A stretch of DNA of 64,000 nucleotides. It comes from Asterias rubens. Taxonomy: Eukaryota. Below, piece by piece: positions 61,738 through 64,000 of this stretch (positions within the stretch are counted from its first letter, which is position 1; the number at the start of each line of letters is the position of its first letter). The notes under the pieces were generated by a model. The model was not told where the DNA came from. It searched no databases and saw only the letters and a list, made by a program, of their open reading frames with translations. Location: positions 11,098,001 to 11,162,000 of the forward strand of contig NC_047066.1 of assembly GCF_902459465.1 (NCBI RefSeq). Direction: 5' to 3'. The position numbers and the translations under genes are program-made.

Positions 61738-62126
61738 CAAAGGCAGTGGACACTATTGGTAATTACTCCAAATAATTATCATTAGCATAAAACCTCACTT
61801 GGTAGCGAGTAATGGGGAGAGGTTGATGGTATAAAACATTGTGAGAAACGGTTCCCTTTGAAGTGACGTAGTTTTCAAGAAAGAAGTAATTTTCCACGAA
61901 TTTGATTTGGAGGCCTCAAGTTTAGAATTTGAGGTCTCGAAATCAAGCATCTGAAAGCATACAACTACGTGTGACAAGGGTATTTTTTCTTTGATAGTTA
62001 TCTCTTCAACTCCGACGATCAATCGAGCTAAAATTTTCACAGGTTTGTTATTTTATGCATATTTTGAGATACACCAAGTGAGAAGACTGGTCTTTGACAA
62101 TTACCAATAGTGTCCAGTGTCTTTAA
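61738..62126. mobile_element. Kolobok-type MITE family A (further fragment at ~62940-63110)
   Basis: TIRs; left target site is tcaa. Confidence 0.83.
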
Positions 62127-63652
62127 ATATTGCATGCAAAGGCTTGTTTAAAAATTATTGTACTGCAGTGGTGAGCAAAAAGTATCAGCTGCATTATTCA
62201 CTGCCAAAAAGAAACCCATTAATGTAACATGAGGTCTGATCAGTATTCTACACTTTGTGGATGTATTCTATGTCTATTATTAAAAACCTGAATGAATATA
62301 TTAATAACACCATAATGTATCATTTACTACAATCAGCAAGAAAGGTGTTTCTTCATAGAGCAACATTATTGCAGGTTTGTTGCAGTCCAGTTATACATTT
62401 GGTGATACATGTAATTGAAGTGGTCTATACAAAACAAAACTCAATGTATTGCTAGTAAAAAAGAAATGCATTATAGAGCGCCACCAAGAGTTTAATTGGG
62501 GCCATTTTCAAAGTCTATTCTAGAAGACTAGCAAATAATGCACACGTTATAAGCTTTGAGCTTTTCAAAGCATTCCATAAAGCCGTGCATATAACAACAT
62601 ATAATTATCACTGTTAACAGACACAAGTTTACAACAAAAAACTTAATAATAAAATCAGTTTAATCGTTCAAACGCTTACAAAGTCCCAGAAACCTCGTTC
62701 CAGGGGTGATCCATGCCGCGTCCTTTAAGCAAGTTTGCGCTGCTTGCTTTGCCCACAGTATTTGTTACTAAAAATGTTCCAGTACATGTATTAATATTTC
62801 AAACAGGCCTGTGTGGTTGAACCACTCAAACCACTCAACGTGCGCGCTTTAAGTGCAATAGCCTGCAATAGAGGCACAAAGAGCAGCCTATAGTCTCCTC
62901 TCGTTTTTCTTTTATAACGTGACATGTCAAACTGTATGCAGTTTTTTTAGAAAGAAGTAATTTCCAACTTAAATATTTGAATTTGAATATGAGACAAACT
63001 TTCTACTCATTTGATTTTGAGACCTCAGATTTAGAATTTGAGATCCCCAAAACAAGCATCCAAAAGCACACATCTTCGTGTGACAAGCATGTTTTTTATT
63101 CCATTATTACTTCCCTACCAGGGGTAAGTGATGAGAGGTATTGATACGGCGTGACACCCTGGTTAGTGAGGCTGTTATTACCCATCTCGCCAATTTAACT
63201 GATGCTGCTAGCGTGGACTTCAAACATGTCTGAGAAGGAACACTGTTTCCATGTTACTATTAATGGCATTTAATTGGCCACAAGGCTCAAATATTAACTG
63301 CGACTGTGCAAAGTTATGTGGTTGTCCCAGGAGATTTGTAAAAATAACCGTTGTGAAGATTGAAACTGTTAAAAACAAAAAAATCAAAGCACTGATGAAA
63401 TACCGCTCCAATAAATTGTGTTTATTTTTATGGTTAATTATTTGCAAGTGGTTAGCAAAGAATTGATTGATGTTTTTATTTCACATATCATGGGATACAC
63501 AGTCAGACGGAAGAGGCAGGAGCAGGACTTGTGGTTCATAAAAGCTTCATCGAGTAGCTATTACACCACAACTGCGAGTTAAACACAAGCGAGACGTGTT
63601 GAGATACGATCAACTGTAACTCCTGTTTGCAGAAGATTAAAAGCGAATCGTC

Positions 63653-64000
63653 ATGGGGAATGATGTGACATCAGATAGCTGTAGTTTGTCCTATAACATC
63701 ACTGAGGAGACCACATCCGATTGGATTCATACACCGGTGGATACCATCATAACCACTATCATCATACCGATTATAGTAACCATAGGAATCTTCAACAACA
63801 CTACTTTTGTTTTTGTCATATTCCGCATTCCTAGAATGAGATCGGAAACTAATATCTATTTGGTACACTTGGCACTGGCTGATCTTCTGTTCTTGTGCCT
63901 ATCTGCGTTACAGTACTTCTGGCTCTATGCAACATCGCCAGTGTTCGATAGTGTCATCTTTGTGACCTCGGCAGAGTGTGTCAGCTTTTTTGTAGCCATA
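63653..64000 (+). CDS. Class A GPCR copy 8, 5' partial (116 codons; N-terminus to start of TM3), runs off the right edge
   Basis: Hand translated: MGNDVTSDSCSLSYNITEETTSDWIHTPVDTIITTIIIPII...FNNTTFVFVIFRIPRMRSETNIYLVHLALADLLFL...SAECVSFFVAI; missing from the ORF track because there is no stop in the window. Confidence 0.95.
   Translation, partial: MGNDVTSDSCSLSYNITEETTSDWIHTPVDTIITTIIIPIIVTIGIFNNTTFVFVIFRIPRMRSETNIYLVHLALADLLFLCLSALQYFWLYATSPVFDSVIFVTSAECVSFFVAI

Noticed and set aside
6899-62040. Many 60-105 aa ORFs with similar text (e.g. WKITSFSKTMALQREPFLTMFYTINLSP)
   Set aside because: They are translations of family-A MITE copies in varying frames with indels, not a protein family or a transposase

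Overview
AT-rich animal genomic DNA, probably an echinoderm (sea-star-like); the taxon is inferred from repeat and GPCR style only. Left third (290-20599, minus strand): 18 internal coding exons of DEPDC5 (GATOR1 subunit, Iml1 family). I rebuilt them by hand; all have GT-AG boundaries and consistent intron phases, total 2625 nt (~875 codons), and run from the SABA domain to the end of the DEP domain. The gene continues off the left edge, and its 5' exons were not found anywhere in the window. The remaining ~43 kb holds a tandem cluster of eight rhodopsin-like (class A) GPCR genes with intronless CDSs, orientation + + + + - - + +: six intact, one with a 1-nt frameshift, one cut by the right edge. 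The main hypothesis is that this whole chemoreceptor-like cluster is nested inside one giant DEPDC5 intron. The cluster shows a recent ~3.3 kb duplication that made a chimeric receptor, coordinated loss of a cysteine pair in one paralog, and a conserved upstream TALE-type motif. The window is dense with non-autonomous elements: ~20 TTAA-flanked Kolobok-type MITEs, Harbinger- and hAT-type MITEs, two Helentron-type HINEs, tRNA-derived SINEs, LINE remnants and minisatellites. No true tRNA, rRNA or CRISPR was seen.
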